A DNA stretch of 64,000 nucleotides, taken from contig CAWCUS010000006.1 of assembly GCA_963798845.1 (NCBI GenBank), positions 1,248,001 to 1,312,000 of the forward strand. The letters are read 5' to 3'. Under the pieces are notes generated by a model. It was not told the origin of the DNA. It was given only the letters and a program-made list of their open reading frames with translations, and searched no databases. Position 1 is the first letter of the stretch. Each line of letters starts with the position of its first letter. This stretch comes from an uncultured Gemmatimonadales bacterium. Lineage in GTDB: Bacteria > Gemmatimonadota > Gemmatimonadetes > Longimicrobiales > RSA9. Shown piece by piece: positions 39,454 through 49,410 of this stretch. The translations under genes were made by a program, and so were the position numbers.

Positions 39454-41682
39454 ATGAGACGTATGCCGATTCTGACCCGGTTCGGGCTGCTTGCCGGGGC
39501 CGGCCTGGTGGCGGCGAGCTGCTCGTCCGCGCCGGCGGCCCCGCCGGCCACACCTTCGCCGCAGCCCATGCCGGCAGCGGCCCCGCAGACGCCGCAGTCG
39601 CTGACGGTCCCGCAATCCGTGGAGCGGACAGCGGACCACGTGGAGCTGACGGGCGTGGAGCTGGGCACGATGTGGACGTTCGAGAACCCGCCGCTCGACT
39701 ACTGGCGGAAGACGTACGACTTCGACGCGACGCCGGAGTGGCTGGAGCATGCCCGGCTGTCGTCGGTGCGGTGGAGCCAGGGGTGCTCGGCGTCGTTCGT
39801 GTCGCCCGACGGGCTGGTGGTGACGAACCACCATTGCGCGCGGGCGTGCGTGGACGCGGTATCGAAGGAGGGCGAGGACCTGCTCAGCAATGGCTTCTAC
39901 GCCGCGACGCAGGCCGACGAGCGGTCGTGCCCCAACCTGTCGCTGGACCAGCTGGTCGAGATCCAGGACGTGACGGAGCGCGTGCAGGGCGCGGCGCCGG
40001 CCAACGCCCCGGCCACGCAGGTGGCGGCCGCGCAGGAGGCGGAGCGGAACAAGATCGAGGAGGAGTGCGAGGCTTCGTCGGACTACAGCTGCCAGGTGGT
40101 CACGCTCTACCACGGCGGCCAGTACCAGCTCTACAAGTACAGGACCTACGACCACGTCAAGCTGGTCATGGCGCCCGAGCTCCAGGCCGGCTTCTTCGGC
40201 GGCGACTACGACAACTTCACCTACCCCCGATACGACACCGACTTCTCCTTCGTCCGCGCGTACGACGACGACGGCTCCTCGCCCGCCAGCACGCCGAACT
40301 ACTTCCGCTGGCGCTCCGAGGGAGCCGATGAGGGCGAGCTGCTGTTCGTGACGGGGAACCCGGGATCGACGTCGCGGCAGATCACGGTGTCGCAGTGGCT
40401 TTACGAGATGCGCTTCCGCCACCCGTTCTACATCGACCTTCTCGAGGCCCAGGAAGCCTACCTGAAGGAGGCGGGGGCGAAGGACCCGCAGGTGGCTGCG
40501 CGCGTGCGCAACCGCCTGTTCGGCGTCGAGAACAGCCTGAAGCTGTTCCGCGGCGAGCTGGAAGGGCTCCAGGACACCCTTCTCATGGCCCGCAAGGTCA
40601 AGTGGCAGCGGCAGCTACAGCAGGCCGTGGCGGCCGACCCGCAGCTGAAGGCGCAGTTCGGCGGCGTGATCGACTCCATCGCCACCCTCGAGGCGAAGAA
40701 GTTCGCGCTGGCGCCGCGGCTCAACCTCGCGAACCCGTTCTTCCTGGGGACGTCCTACATGGCCGCCGCGGGCGCGCTCACCGCGCTCGCCGAGCAGGCG
40801 GCGCTGCCCGAGGGCCAGCGCTCGGACACCCTTTTCGGGATGCCGTCGCAGCGCCTCCAGATGCTGGCGATGAACCCGCAGCTCACCTCGCCGGCCGATG
40901 AGTCGACGATGCTCAGCCACAGGCTCCGGATGGCCGAGACCTGGCTGGCGCCGAACGACCCGCTGCGCAGCGCCCTCCTGGCCGCGACGAACGTGGACCA
41001 GGCGCTGCAGATCCTGAGCGCGGCCACCGGGCTGCAATCCACCACGAGCCGCCAGGAGCTCCTGAACCAGGGGATCCAGAAGATCCAGGCGACGCAGGAT
41101 CCGTATCTGGAGATGGCGGTGGTCATGGACAGCATCTACCGCTCGCTCGAGCCGGAGTGGGCCGGGCTCCAGGCCGCGGAGAGCGTCCAGCAGGAGCGCT
41201 TCGCCAAGGCGCTGTTCGGCGTGTTCGGCACCGACATTCCGCCGGACGCCACGTTCACCCTGCGGATCAGCGACGGCGTGCTGAAGCGCTACCCGTACAA
41301 CGGCACGCTCGCGGCGCCGTTCACCACCTTCCACGGCCTGTACGAGCGCGCCGAGGTCTTCAACAACGAGGACCCGTTCACGCTGCCCGACAGCTTCGCG
41401 AAGGCGAAGGACACCATCGACATGGACAGGCGGCTGGACTTCGTCTCCACGAACGACATCACCGGCGGGAACAGCGGCAGCCCGATGATCGACCGCCAGG
41501 GGCGCATCGTGGGGCTGGCCTTCGACGGCAACGTCGAGCAGCTGCCCAACGAATTCCTCTTCCGGCCGGACTCCTCCGGCCGCACCGTGGGTGTGGATAC
41601 CCAGGCGATCACGGAGGCGCTGAAGAGCGTGTACAAGGCCACGCGGCTGCTCAACGAGCTGACCGCTGCGGCGAAGAAGTAG
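39454..41682 (+). CDS. Peptidase S46 family dipeptidyl-peptidase (lipoprotein)
   Basis: GTMWTF, GCSASFVSPDGLVVTNHHC, DNFTYPR, PDATFTLRIS and DITGGNSGSP..GLAFDGN. Confidence 0.93.
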   Translation: MRRMPILTRFGLLAGAGLVAASCSSAPAAPPATPSPQPMPAAAPQTPQSLTVPQSVERTADHVELTGVELGTMWTFENPPLDYWRKTYDFDATPEWLEHARLSSVRWSQGCSASFVSPDGLVVTNHHCARACVDAVSKEGEDLLSNGFYAATQADERSCPNLSLDQLVEIQDVTERVQGAAPANAPATQVAAAQEAERNKIEEECEASSDYSCQVVTLYHGGQYQLYKYRTYDHVKLVMAPELQAGFFGGDYDNFTYPRYDTDFSFVRAYDDDGSSPASTPNYFRWRSEGADEGELLFVTGNPGSTSRQITVSQWLYEMRFRHPFYIDLLEAQEAYLKEAGAKDPQVAARVRNRLFGVENSLKLFRGELEGLQDTLLMARKVKWQRQLQQAVAADPQLKAQFGGVIDSIATLEAKKFALAPRLNLANPFFLGTSYMAAAGALTALAEQAALPEGQRSDTLFGMPSQRLQMLAMNPQLTSPADESTMLSHRLRMAETWLAPNDPLRSALLAATNVDQALQILSAATGLQSTTSRQELLNQGIQKIQATQDPYLEMAVVMDSIYRSLEPEWAGLQAAESVQQERFAKALFGVFGTDIPPDATFTLRISDGVLKRYPYNGTLAAPFTTFHGLYERAEVFNNEDPFTLPDSFAKAKDTIDMDRRLDFVSTNDITGGNSGSPMIDRQGRIVGLAFDGNVEQLPNEFLFRPDSSGRTVGVDTQAITEALKSVYKATRLLNELTAAAKK

Positions 41683-41729
41683 ACGGACCGGGCAGGTCGC
41701 CCACGCGACCGGCTCGCAGCGAGACGAGA

Positions 41730-41760
41730 GGGGTCCGGGCCCGGTGCCCGGGCCCCTTCC
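41730..41760 (+). terminator. Hairpin after the S46 gene
   Basis: GGGGTCCGGGC-ccggt-GCCCGGGCCCC followed by TTCC. Confidence 0.45.
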
Positions 41761-41948
41761 CGTTCCCGGCTCAGGTGTCCGGTTTCGGCGGCGGGCTGTC
41801 CCAGGAGCGGGAACCAGAGGGCGGCGCGCGCGCGCTTCAGTGACAGCCTATATCATTGCGGCAGAATGAGTTGACGCAGGTCACGAAGGAAGGCACGGGG
41901 CGTGCCTCCGAGCCCTGCGTCTCCTTTCGCGTCCTCCCGGAGCCGACC

Positions 41949-44372
41949 ATGAGCCTGTCCGACCTCCGTCTCGCCCTCCGAACCCTGCGCCGCCACCCTT
42001 CCTTCTCCGTCGTGGCCATTGGCACCCTGGCGCTGGGTGTGGGGGCGACGGGCGCGATCTTCAGCGTGGCGAACGCCGTGCTCCTGCGCTCGCTGCCGTA
42101 TCCGGACGCGGACCGGCTGGCGATGGTGTGGCAGGACGACAGGACGGACCCGTCGTCGGAGCCGGGGAACGCCGTGTCGACGCCGAACTTCCGGGACATC
42201 CAGGCGGGGACATCCTCGTTCGAGTCCGTGGCGCAGCTCACGTCCCGAACGCTGACGCTCACGGGGCTCGGCCCGGCGGAGACGGTGGCCGGGGCGACGG
42301 TGAGCCGGGAGCTGTTCCACGTCATGGGAGCGGAGCCGGTGGTGGGGCGGACGTTCACGTCGGAGGAGACGCGGTACGAGGGGCCTGACGCCGTGGTGGT
42401 GGGCAACGCGTTCTGGCGAACGAGGCTGGGCGGGGACCCCGCGGCCGTCGGTCGAACGCTCACGATCTCGGGTCGGCCGCACCCCATCGTCGGGATCGCG
42501 CCGGAGGGGTTCGATTTCCCGAATGGCGCGCAGCTGTGGGTCCCGGTGCAGAACGACGAGGAGGGGTGCGGGCGAGGCTGCGTGATCTTCGATGCGGTGG
42601 GTCGGCTTGCGCCGGGTGCGACGGTGGAATCCGCATCGGCGGAGCTGGGGTCGCTGGCAGCGCGGCTGGAGGCGGAGTATCCGCAGGCGAACGCGGAGAC
42701 CACGTTCCGCGTGACGCCGCTCCTGGACGTTGTGGTTGGGGACGTGCGCACGGCGATCTGGGTGCTGTTCGGGGCGGTGGCGATGGTGCTCCTGGTGGCG
42801 TGCGCGAACGTGGCGAACCTGGTGCTGGTCCGGGGCGGCTCGAGGCAGACGGAGCTGGCGGTGCGGACCGCGCTCGGGGCCCGTCGTCGCCGGATCCTGG
42901 GGCAGCTGATGCTGGAGAACGGGGCGCTCGCGCTGGCGGGCGGCGCGGGCGGCGTGCTGCTGGCGTGGTGGGGGATCTGGGCGCTGGTCCGCCTGGCGCC
43001 GCCGGAGCTTCCGCGCTTCGACGAGGTGGGGCTGGACGCGTCGACGCTGGTCTTCTCCCTGGTCGTTGCGGGGCTGACGGTGCTTCTGTTCGGGCTCATT
43101 CCCGCGCTCCGCCTGTCCGCCGGTGGGGTGGCGGACGCGATGCGGCGCGGCAGCCGCGGTGCCGTGGGTGGGCAGCGCGCGGCGAGGTCACGCGCGGTGG
43201 TTCTGGTGGCCGAGGTGTCGCTCTCGGTGATCCTGCTGCTGGGCGCCGGCCTGATGCTGCGGAGCCTGGTCCGCATGCGCGCCGTGGATCTCGGACTCCG
43301 CACCGATGACGTCGTGACCTTCCGGCTTTCGCTCCCGTCCGCGCGCTACCCGGATGGCGACGCCCGCATGGCGTTCCTCGACCGCCTGGACGAGCAGCTG
43401 TCCGCCATTCCCGGGGTCGAGCGCGCGGCGGGCGTCGTGGCGCTGCCGTTCGGGACCGTGAACATCTTCGGCGGCTTCACGCGGCCGGATCTGCCCGAGC
43501 CGGAGGCTGGCGACGTGCCGGTGGCCACCTACCGTGCGCTGGACCCGGACGCCTTCGCAGCGCTGGGCATCCCCGTCGAGCGAGGCCGGGCGTTCAACGC
43601 CGCGGACCGCCACGACTCGCCGCCCGTGGCGATGGTCAACCTCGCCGCCGCGGAGCGGTACTGGCCGGGCGAGGACCCGGTGGGGAAGACGCTGGACATC
43701 CAGGTCTCGGTCGGGTACCCGGACGACGCCCCCCGCACCATCGTCGGCGTCACGGGCGACTTCCGCAGCCGCATCACGCGCGAGGCGAGTCCGGAGATGT
43801 ACGTCCCGTTCGCACAGGCGGGCGCCGGGTTCCCGCACGTGGTGCTGAAGACGCGGCCCGGTGTCGCGACCGCCACCGTGCTCGCCGGAGCGCGGGATGT
43901 ACTGAACGGCCTCGATCCCGAGCTGCCGATGTCCCACGCCACCACCCTCGACGACCTGGTCGGGTCGCAGATGGCCGCTCCCCGGTTCTACATGCTGCTG
44001 CTGGCCGTGTTCGCCGGTCTGGCCGTGGCCCTCGCCGCCGTCGGGATCTACGGGGTGGTCGCGTACCTCGTGGTGCAGCGGACTTCCGAGATCGGGATGC
44101 GCATGGCGCTGGGGGCGTCGGGCAGGGAAGTGGTGCGGATGGTCGTATGGCAGGGTGCCGCGCCCGCCCTGGCCGGCGTCGTCCTCGGGCTCGCGGGGGC
44201 CGTGGCGCTCGGTCGCCTGCTGAGCAGCATCCTATTTCAGGTGCGGCCCACCGACCCCGCCACCTACGCCGCCACGGCGCTCCTGCTCGTGTCCGTGGTC
44301 GTGGCCGCGGCCGGGATCCCAGCGCGGCGCGCGACGCGCATCGACCCGGCCGACGCGCTGCGGACGGAATAG
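41949..44372 (+). CDS. ADOP-type duplicated ABC transporter permease
   Basis: DLRLALRTLRRHPSF, LLVACANVANL, GIYGVVAYLVVQRTSEIGMRMALGA and PARRATRIDPADALRTE. Confidence 0.92.
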   Translation: MSLSDLRLALRTLRRHPSFSVVAIGTLALGVGATGAIFSVANAVLLRSLPYPDADRLAMVWQDDRTDPSSEPGNAVSTPNFRDIQAGTSSFESVAQLTSRTLTLTGLGPAETVAGATVSRELFHVMGAEPVVGRTFTSEETRYEGPDAVVVGNAFWRTRLGGDPAAVGRTLTISGRPHPIVGIAPEGFDFPNGAQLWVPVQNDEEGCGRGCVIFDAVGRLAPGATVESASAELGSLAARLEAEYPQANAETTFRVTPLLDVVVGDVRTAIWVLFGAVAMVLLVACANVANLVLVRGGSRQTELAVRTALGARRRRILGQLMLENGALALAGGAGGVLLAWWGIWALVRLAPPELPRFDEVGLDASTLVFSLVVAGLTVLLFGLIPALRLSAGGVADAMRRGSRGAVGGQRAARSRAVVLVAEVSLSVILLLGAGLMLRSLVRMRAVDLGLRTDDVVTFRLSLPSARYPDGDARMAFLDRLDEQLSAIPGVERAAGVVALPFGTVNIFGGFTRPDLPEPEAGDVPVATYRALDPDAFAALGIPVERGRAFNAADRHDSPPVAMVNLAAAERYWPGEDPVGKTLDIQVSVGYPDDAPRTIVGVTGDFRSRITREASPEMYVPFAQAGAGFPHVVLKTRPGVATATVLAGARDVLNGLDPELPMSHATTLDDLVGSQMAAPRFYMLLLAVFAGLAVALAAVGIYGVVAYLVVQRTSEIGMRMALGASGREVVRMVVWQGAAPALAGVVLGLAGAVALGRLLSSILFQVRPTDPATYAATALLLVSVVVAAAGIPARRATRIDPADALRTE

Positions 44373-44498
44373 CGCGTCGGCCGCACGCCCCCGAGTCCGC
44401 CACGCCCCCCGGCGGACGCGGTCCGGCCGCGGCCGCGGCGGCGGCGGGGCGGGGCGGGGCGGGGGGGCGGCGGCGCGGTTTCGGTACCGGAGGACGGG

Positions 44499-44900
44499 CT
44501 ACCCGGCGTACGTGAGGATCTTCTCGACCACGTCGCGCGCGTAGCTCTTGTCGTAGTCCACCAGGTTCCGCTTGGCGGTGACCTTGATCCTGGTCAGGTT
44601 GCCGTCCTGCTCGACGTCGGCCTTCACATCGAGATCGTCCGGCGACTTCCCGGTCAGCTGGACGTGGTCGTTCTCCGTCTCGCGCTTCGTGATCTCGATG
44701 CTCATGTCGCGAAAGGCGGACTCGGCCCAGCCGGCCGTCGTGCCCACGTCCGCGTCCACCTGCGTCGTGGCCGTCTGGTCGTTGATGTAGGTGACCGCGC
44801 CCACGCCGGCCGCGGCCCCCGCGGCCGCCACGCAGCCGGGGAGGAGGGCGACGCCCGCCGCGAGGGCGGCGGCACGGGTGATCCGGGTGACGTGCTTCAT
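44499..44900 (-). CDS. DUF3568-like lipoprotein
   Basis: LPGC lipobox followed by AAAGAAAGVGAVTY; AAAGGA RBS region. Confidence 0.75.
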   Translation of the reverse strand: MKHVTRITRAAALAAGVALLPGCVAAAGAAAGVGAVTYINDQTATTQVDADVGTTAGWAESAFRDMSIEITKRETENDHVQLTGKSPDDLDVKADVEQDGNLTRIKVTAKRNLVDYDKSYARDVVEKILTYAG

Positions 44901-44940
44901 ATCGGGAGCTCCTTTCCTTTCGTTCAGTCGCTCCCGGAAC

Positions 44941-44958
44941 GTGCAAGATGTCTGCCCG
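44941..44958 (-). promoter_or_regulatory. Candidate sigma54 promoter of the lipoprotein gene
   Basis: Minus strand cgGGCAGACATCTTGCAC (GG-N10-GC, TTGCA), ~40 bp upstream of the ATG. Confidence 0.5.
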
Positions 44959-45112
44959 TCCCCGTGCTGCTCGGCGTAAGCCCGCATTTCCGGGGGTCGC
45001 CCGAGGGCCCGGCCAAGCTGCTCTTCAATCCCCTCTATGCGGCGGCGGCAGCCACGCCGCGGGAGTAGCCAGGTGCCGGGGCAGCGCGGAGGACGGCTGG
45101 CGGCGTTTCAGC

Positions 45113-45550
45113 CTACGCGCCCAGCACTCTCGCCTCGAACAGCAGCCGGAGCTGCGCTCCCGGGTCCGCGCACTTCCCATGCTCCGGCGGGTCTGGCTGG
45201 ATGACGTCCGAGCGGCGGGCGGTGAGCCAGTGGAAGCGCTCGGGGGCGGAGAGCAGCGCGATCTCGCCGGCCGCGGCGTCGCCGGCTGCGATCTCGGCCG
45301 CGGATCGAAGGTAGCGCACGAGAAGCTCGACGTCGGCGTCGGGGGCGAGCGCTCGCAGCGCGGCCGGGTCCGTCACCACGCGCAGCCCGATGAACTCTGC
45401 GGGTCGCGACTGGAGGACCACGCCCACGGGCGCGCCCCGACCGGTGTACGGGTGCGGGACCACGCGCAGCACGGCGAAGCTGTACGGCACTTCCCGTGTC
45501 GGCCGATCCGCGGCCGGCTCGCCGCCGTGCTGTGCCACGGGCGGGCTCAT
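45113..45550 (-). CDS. DUF3037 domain protein
   Basis: YSFAVLRVVP..VGVVL, RLRAL-like segment and ERFHWLTARRSDVIQ; ATGA overlap with the kinase. Confidence 0.85.
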   Translation of the reverse strand: MSPPVAQHGGEPAADRPTREVPYSFAVLRVVPHPYTGRGAPVGVVLQSRPAEFIGLRVVTDPAALRALAPDADVELLVRYLRSAAEIAAGDAAAGEIALLSAPERFHWLTARRSDVIQPDPPEHGKCADPGAQLRLLFEARVLGA

Positions 45551-46380
45551 CGACGGACCCCCAGGCGGCGCGGCGGCTCGTCCCGCTTCGAGGCTTTCGC
45601 CCGCTCCGCTTCGGCCACGAACTCCCGGGGCTCCCGGAGGCGCTCGCGCAGATAGCCGACGTAGCGGGCGCGGGCGTCGTCGCCGGAATCGAAGCCGTCC
45701 CGGGCGAGCGGGTCCATCAGGAGCGCGTCGGGCACCTGCTCGAGCGCCGCGCCCAGCACGTCCCCGCTGAGCCGCGGAGCCAGGCGGGCGTCTGCCGCCC
45801 CGATGTCGCCGGCGAGGAGGAGCAGTACGTGCTCGCGGATCAGCGGGAAGGGCGTGCGCGTACGGGCCCCGTTCACGCCGGGCCAGTCGTGATGGGCGTA
45901 GAGCGCGGAGCCGTGGTCGATGAGCCACGGACTCCTCTCGCAGATCATGAGGTTCGGGTTCCGGGCGGTGCGGTCCGGGTTCGTCAGGAACGCGTCGAGC
46001 CAGACCACGTCCGCGGCGAGATCGGCCGCGATCAGGTCGCCGGCGGCGTGGGCGTCGAAGTTGAACGCGCCGTCGAGGTAGCGGAGGCCCATGTTGACGC
46101 CCCGGCTCCGGTCCAGGAGCTCCCTGATCTCGGGATCGCCCTCGTCCTCGCCGATTCCGGCCGGCAGCTCGATGACCGCGGGCTCCGGCACCGGCAGCCC
46201 CAGCGCCCGCGCGATCACGCCCACCACCAGCTCCGCGATCAGGGCCCGGGGACCCTGGCCGGAGCCGCGGAACTTGGCGACGAAAAGACCATCTTCCGTC
46301 TCCACCACGGCTGGCAGCGAGCCGCCCTCGCGGAGCGGCTGGACGTAGCGTCGGGCGGAGAGCCGGCGAAGGGGGTTCAT
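45547..46380 (-). CDS. HipA-like kinase (HipA_2 family)
   Basis: RYVQPLREGGSLP, KFRGSGQG..ALIAE, WLDAFLTNPDRTARNPN and WLIDHG. Confidence 0.9.
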   Translation of the reverse strand: MNPLRRLSARRYVQPLREGGSLPAVVETEDGLFVAKFRGSGQGPRALIAELVVGVIARALGLPVPEPAVIELPAGIGEDEGDPEIRELLDRSRGVNMGLRYLDGAFNFDAHAAGDLIAADLAADVVWLDAFLTNPDRTARNPNLMICERSPWLIDHGSALYAHHDWPGVNGARTRTPFPLIREHVLLLLAGDIGAADARLAPRLSGDVLGAALEQVPDALLMDPLARDGFDSGDDARARYVGYLRERLREPREFVAEAERAKASKRDEPPRRLGVRR

Positions 46381-46537
46381 CGAGGGCGGAAGATAGGACC
46401 GGGGCGCCGGGGCGTCGAGACGCGCGGCACCCCGCTTCCGGGTGCGCAGGGACCGGGCTCCGATTAGCTTCACGCGGATTCCGGCGGTGACCGCCGCCCG
46501 GGACACGCCGATCCTCGGATCACGGAGCCGAATCGCC

Positions 46538-47320
46538 ATGGGGGCGCTGGGCGGCCTGGATCTTCTCCTGGTGGCACTGGCCGCGGCGGCGGCCGGTGCG
46601 GTGAACGCGCTGGCGGGCGGTGGCACCCTCATCAGCTTCCCCGCGCTCGTGGCCGTGGGCGTCCCTCCCGTGGCCGCCAACATCACCAACACGGTCTCCC
46701 TCACGCCCGGCTACCTGGGGGCGACGGTGGCGCAGCTCCGGGACCTGCGGGGGCAGGGTCGTCGCCTCTGGCTGCTGCTCCCGGTGAGCGCCGTGGGGGG
46801 GCTGGCTGGCGGGCTGCTGCTGCTGAAAACGGGCGAGGCCACGTTCCGGACTCTGGTGCCGTGGCTGATCCTGGGGGCCTCGGGGCTGCTGGCCATCCAG
46901 CAGCCGGTGAAGCGGTGGGTGGCTTCCCGGGCGACGGCCGCCGGCGAGACCGGGCGCGGCCGGGCGCGCGACGCCGGCGTGATGGCCGCAGGCGGCGTCG
47001 CCGCAGTCTACGGTGGCTACTTCGGAGCGGGCCTGAGCGTGATCATCCTGGCCGTGCTGGGGCTGGCCATCGACGAAAGCCTGACCCGCCTGAACGCGGT
47101 GAAGCAGGCCATGTCCTTCGCCGTGAACGTCGCGGCCGCGCTGCTCTTCGTCTTCTCCGGGGAAACCGTGTGGGTGGCCGCCGGCGTCATGGCGGTGGGC
47201 GCCATCGTCGGCGGCGTGGCGGGCGGACGGCTGGCGAGCCGGGTGAAGCCGAAGACGCTGCGCCGGGTCGTCGTCGCCATCGGGGTGATCGTGGCGGCCA
47301 TCTACTTCGCGAAAGGGTGA
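46538..47320 (+). CDS. TSUP family transporter (TauE/SafE sulfite exporter)
   Basis: [20 protein letters not shown] and YGGYFGAG motifs. Confidence 0.92.
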   Translation: MGALGGLDLLLVALAAAAAGAVNALAGGGTLISFPALVAVGVPPVAANITNTVSLTPGYLGATVAQLRDLRGQGRRLWLLLPVSAVGGLAGGLLLLKTGEATFRTLVPWLILGASGLLAIQQPVKRWVASRATAAGETGRGRARDAGVMAAGGVAAVYGGYFGAGLSVIILAVLGLAIDESLTRLNAVKQAMSFAVNVAAALLFVFSGETVWVAAGVMAVGAIVGGVAGGRLASRVKPKTLRRVVVAIGVIVAAIYFAKG

Positions 47321-47324
47321 GCCC

Positions 47325-48200
47325 GTGGAGAACGCCTACGCGGACCCGCAGCGCGCCGAAGCCTACGCCTCCCTCGCCTTCCCGGGGACGTACCACCTGG
47401 CGTTCCGCGACCTGCCCGGCCTCCTCGCCGACGAGGTCCGGGGCACACGGGCGCTGGACTTCGGCTGCGGCGCCGGGCGATCCACTCGCTTCCTGCGCGG
47501 GCTCGGCTACGACGTCGTGGGCGTGGACATCGCCCCGGCCATGCTGGACAGAGCCCGGCAGCTGGATCCAGCAGGCGACTATCGCCTGTTCGACGACGAC
47601 CCGCGCAGCCTCCCGCCCGGCCCCTTCGACCTGGTCCTGGCCGCGTTCCCGTTCGACAACATCCCGGACGTGGCGCACCGGGTGGACCTGCTGCGGGGGC
47701 TCCGGGAGCGGATGCGCACCGGAAACGGTGCCGGGGATGCGGCGCCGGGGAGTCGCGCCGGGGATTTGGCGCCGGGGAGTCGCGCCGGGGATTCGGCGTC
47801 GGGGAGTCGCGCGGAGGATTCGGCGCCGGAGAGTCGCGCGGAGGATTCGGCGCCGGAGAGTCGCGCCGGGGATTCGGCGTCGGGGAGTCGGCTGGTGCTG
47901 ATCGCGTCGTCGCCCGAGCTGTACGTGAACGAGTGGGCCACGTTCACCACTGCCGCGTTCCCGGAGAACGCGCGCGCGAGGAGCGGAGAGACGGTGCGGA
48001 TCGTGGTGAAGGTGGGTGGCGACCCGCGCCCGGTCGAGGACCTGCTCTGGCGCGACGACGACTACACGGCTGCCTTCACCGCAGCGGGGCTCGCGCCGCG
48101 TTTCATCCATCGCCCCCTCGGCCGTCCCGACGACGGTTATCCGTGGCTCGCCGAGACTCGCATCCCGCCGTGGGCCCTCCACGTCGCCGCGCCGGCATGA
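47325..48200 (+). CDS. Class I SAM-dependent methyltransferase with an internal 6 x 9-aa repeat insertion
   Basis: ALDFGCGAGRS motif I, GVDI and FDLV; repeat lies between RMRTGNG and LVLI. Confidence 0.88.
   Translation: MENAYADPQRAEAYASLAFPGTYHLAFRDLPGLLADEVRGTRALDFGCGAGRSTRFLRGLGYDVVGVDIAPAMLDRARQLDPAGDYRLFDDDPRSLPPGPFDLVLAAFPFDNIPDVAHRVDLLRGLRERMRTGNGAGDAAPGSRAGDLAPGSRAGDSASGSRAEDSAPESRAEDSAPESRAGDSASGSRLVLIASSPELYVNEWATFTTAAFPENARARSGETVRIVVKVGGDPRPVEDLLWRDDDYTAAFTAAGLAPRFIHRPLGRPDDGYPWLAETRIPPWALHVAAPA
47730..47891 (+). repeat. In-frame 27-bp tandem repeat x6
   Basis: Consensus GCSGRGGATKYGGCGYCGGRGAGTCGS encoding AGDAAPGSR, AGDLAPGSR, AGDSASGSR, AEDSAPESR x2, AGDSASGSR. Confidence 0.92.
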
Positions 48201-48280
48201 CCGGGAGACGACCATCGAGGGGCGCGGGGAGCGCCGGTGAGGTGCCAGGCGGTGGCCAGGCGGTCCCCAGGCGGTGAGCT

Positions 48281-49402
48281 CTAGGTGAGGACTGCGCTCT
48301 CCCGATCGGGCAGCGCCCCGGCTGGCACGCCTTCGAGGCCGCGGGCGTGGTGCAGCCACGCCACCCAGACGCCGAAGATGACCATGGCCGTGGCCTGGTG
48401 CGTTACGGCGACGGGGATGGGAACCACCAGCAGAAGCGTGGTCACGCCCAGCAGGTACTGCACGGCCACGAGGCTCAGGAAGAGGGCGGCGTAGCCCCGC
48501 GTCGCGGCGTCGACGCCGGCCCGGCGAACCACGAGGAAGACGCCGAGCACGGCCAGGAGCAGGAGCGTGCCGAGGACCCGGTGCATCCACTGCACGCCGA
48601 TCGGATTCTGGACCAGGTTCAGGATCGTGGGCTCGAGCCAGTACAGGCTGGGCGGGATGAGGTGCCCCTCCATGAGGGGGAATGTGTTGTCGTAGCGGCC
48701 CGCCTTGAGCCCGGCCGTGAACGCGCCCCAGATCACCTGGAGCGCCAGCACGACCCCCAGCACACCCACGCTCCGGACGACCCGCCGCCGCTCGTGCGCA
48801 GGGACCGCTTGCCGATCCGGACCCACCGCGAGCTCACGGGCGAGCCAGATGGAAAAGCCGAAGATGGTGAACGCGAGGCTCAGGTGCGCGGCCAGGCGGT
48901 AATGGCTCACGCTGGGCCGGTCCACCAGCCCGCTCGCCACCATCAGCCACCCCATCACCCCCTGGCCCAGGCCCAGGCCAAACAGCACCAGCGCCCGCGT
49001 GGCCAGCGGACGGTTGAAGTAGCCGCGCATCCAGAAGAGCAGGAAGGGGACGAGGAAGACGAGGCCGATGCTCCGGGCCAGCAGCCGGTGCAGGTACTCC
49101 CACAGGAAGATGTACTGGAACTGGCCCAGCGTCATCCCCCGCCGCAGCTGCCGGTACTCGGGGAACTGCTGGTAGCGCTCGAACGCCGCGACCCAGTGTG
49201 CGTGGTCCAGCGGCGGGATCACGCCCATGATCGGATCCCAGTTCACGATGGACAGCCCCGAGTGCGTCAGCCGGGTGATTCCGCCCACCACCAGCACGCT
49301 GAACGTCATCGCGGCCACGGCCCAGAACCAGGTGCGCAGGTGCGCGCGGCGCTCCTCCGGTATGTCGAGGCGCCAGTCCGTGGAGGCGGGGGGGGCGGTC
49401 AT
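48281..49402 (-). CDS. ctaA: Heme A synthase (COX15/CtaA, type 2)
   Basis: VGGITRLTHSGLSI, WEYLHRLLAR, VSHYRLAAHL, AGLKAG, QWMHR and HQ. Confidence 0.93.
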   Translation of the reverse strand: MTAPPASTDWRLDIPEERRAHLRTWFWAVAAMTFSVLVVGGITRLTHSGLSIVNWDPIMGVIPPLDHAHWVAAFERYQQFPEYRQLRRGMTLGQFQYIFLWEYLHRLLARSIGLVFLVPFLLFWMRGYFNRPLATRALVLFGLGLGQGVMGWLMVASGLVDRPSVSHYRLAAHLSLAFTIFGFSIWLARELAVGPDRQAVPAHERRRVVRSVGVLGVVLALQVIWGAFTAGLKAGRYDNTFPLMEGHLIPPSLYWLEPTILNLVQNPIGVQWMHRVLGTLLLLAVLGVFLVVRRAGVDAATRGYAALFLSLVAVQYLLGVTTLLLVVPIPVAVTHQATAMVIFGVWVAWLHHARGLEGVPAGALPDRESAVLT

Positions 49403-49410
49403 AGGGTGAT

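Noticed and set aside
44380..44480. G-rich run between convergent genes as a functional element
   Set aside because: Low-complexity GC tract; cannot be distinguished from background or homopolymer error.
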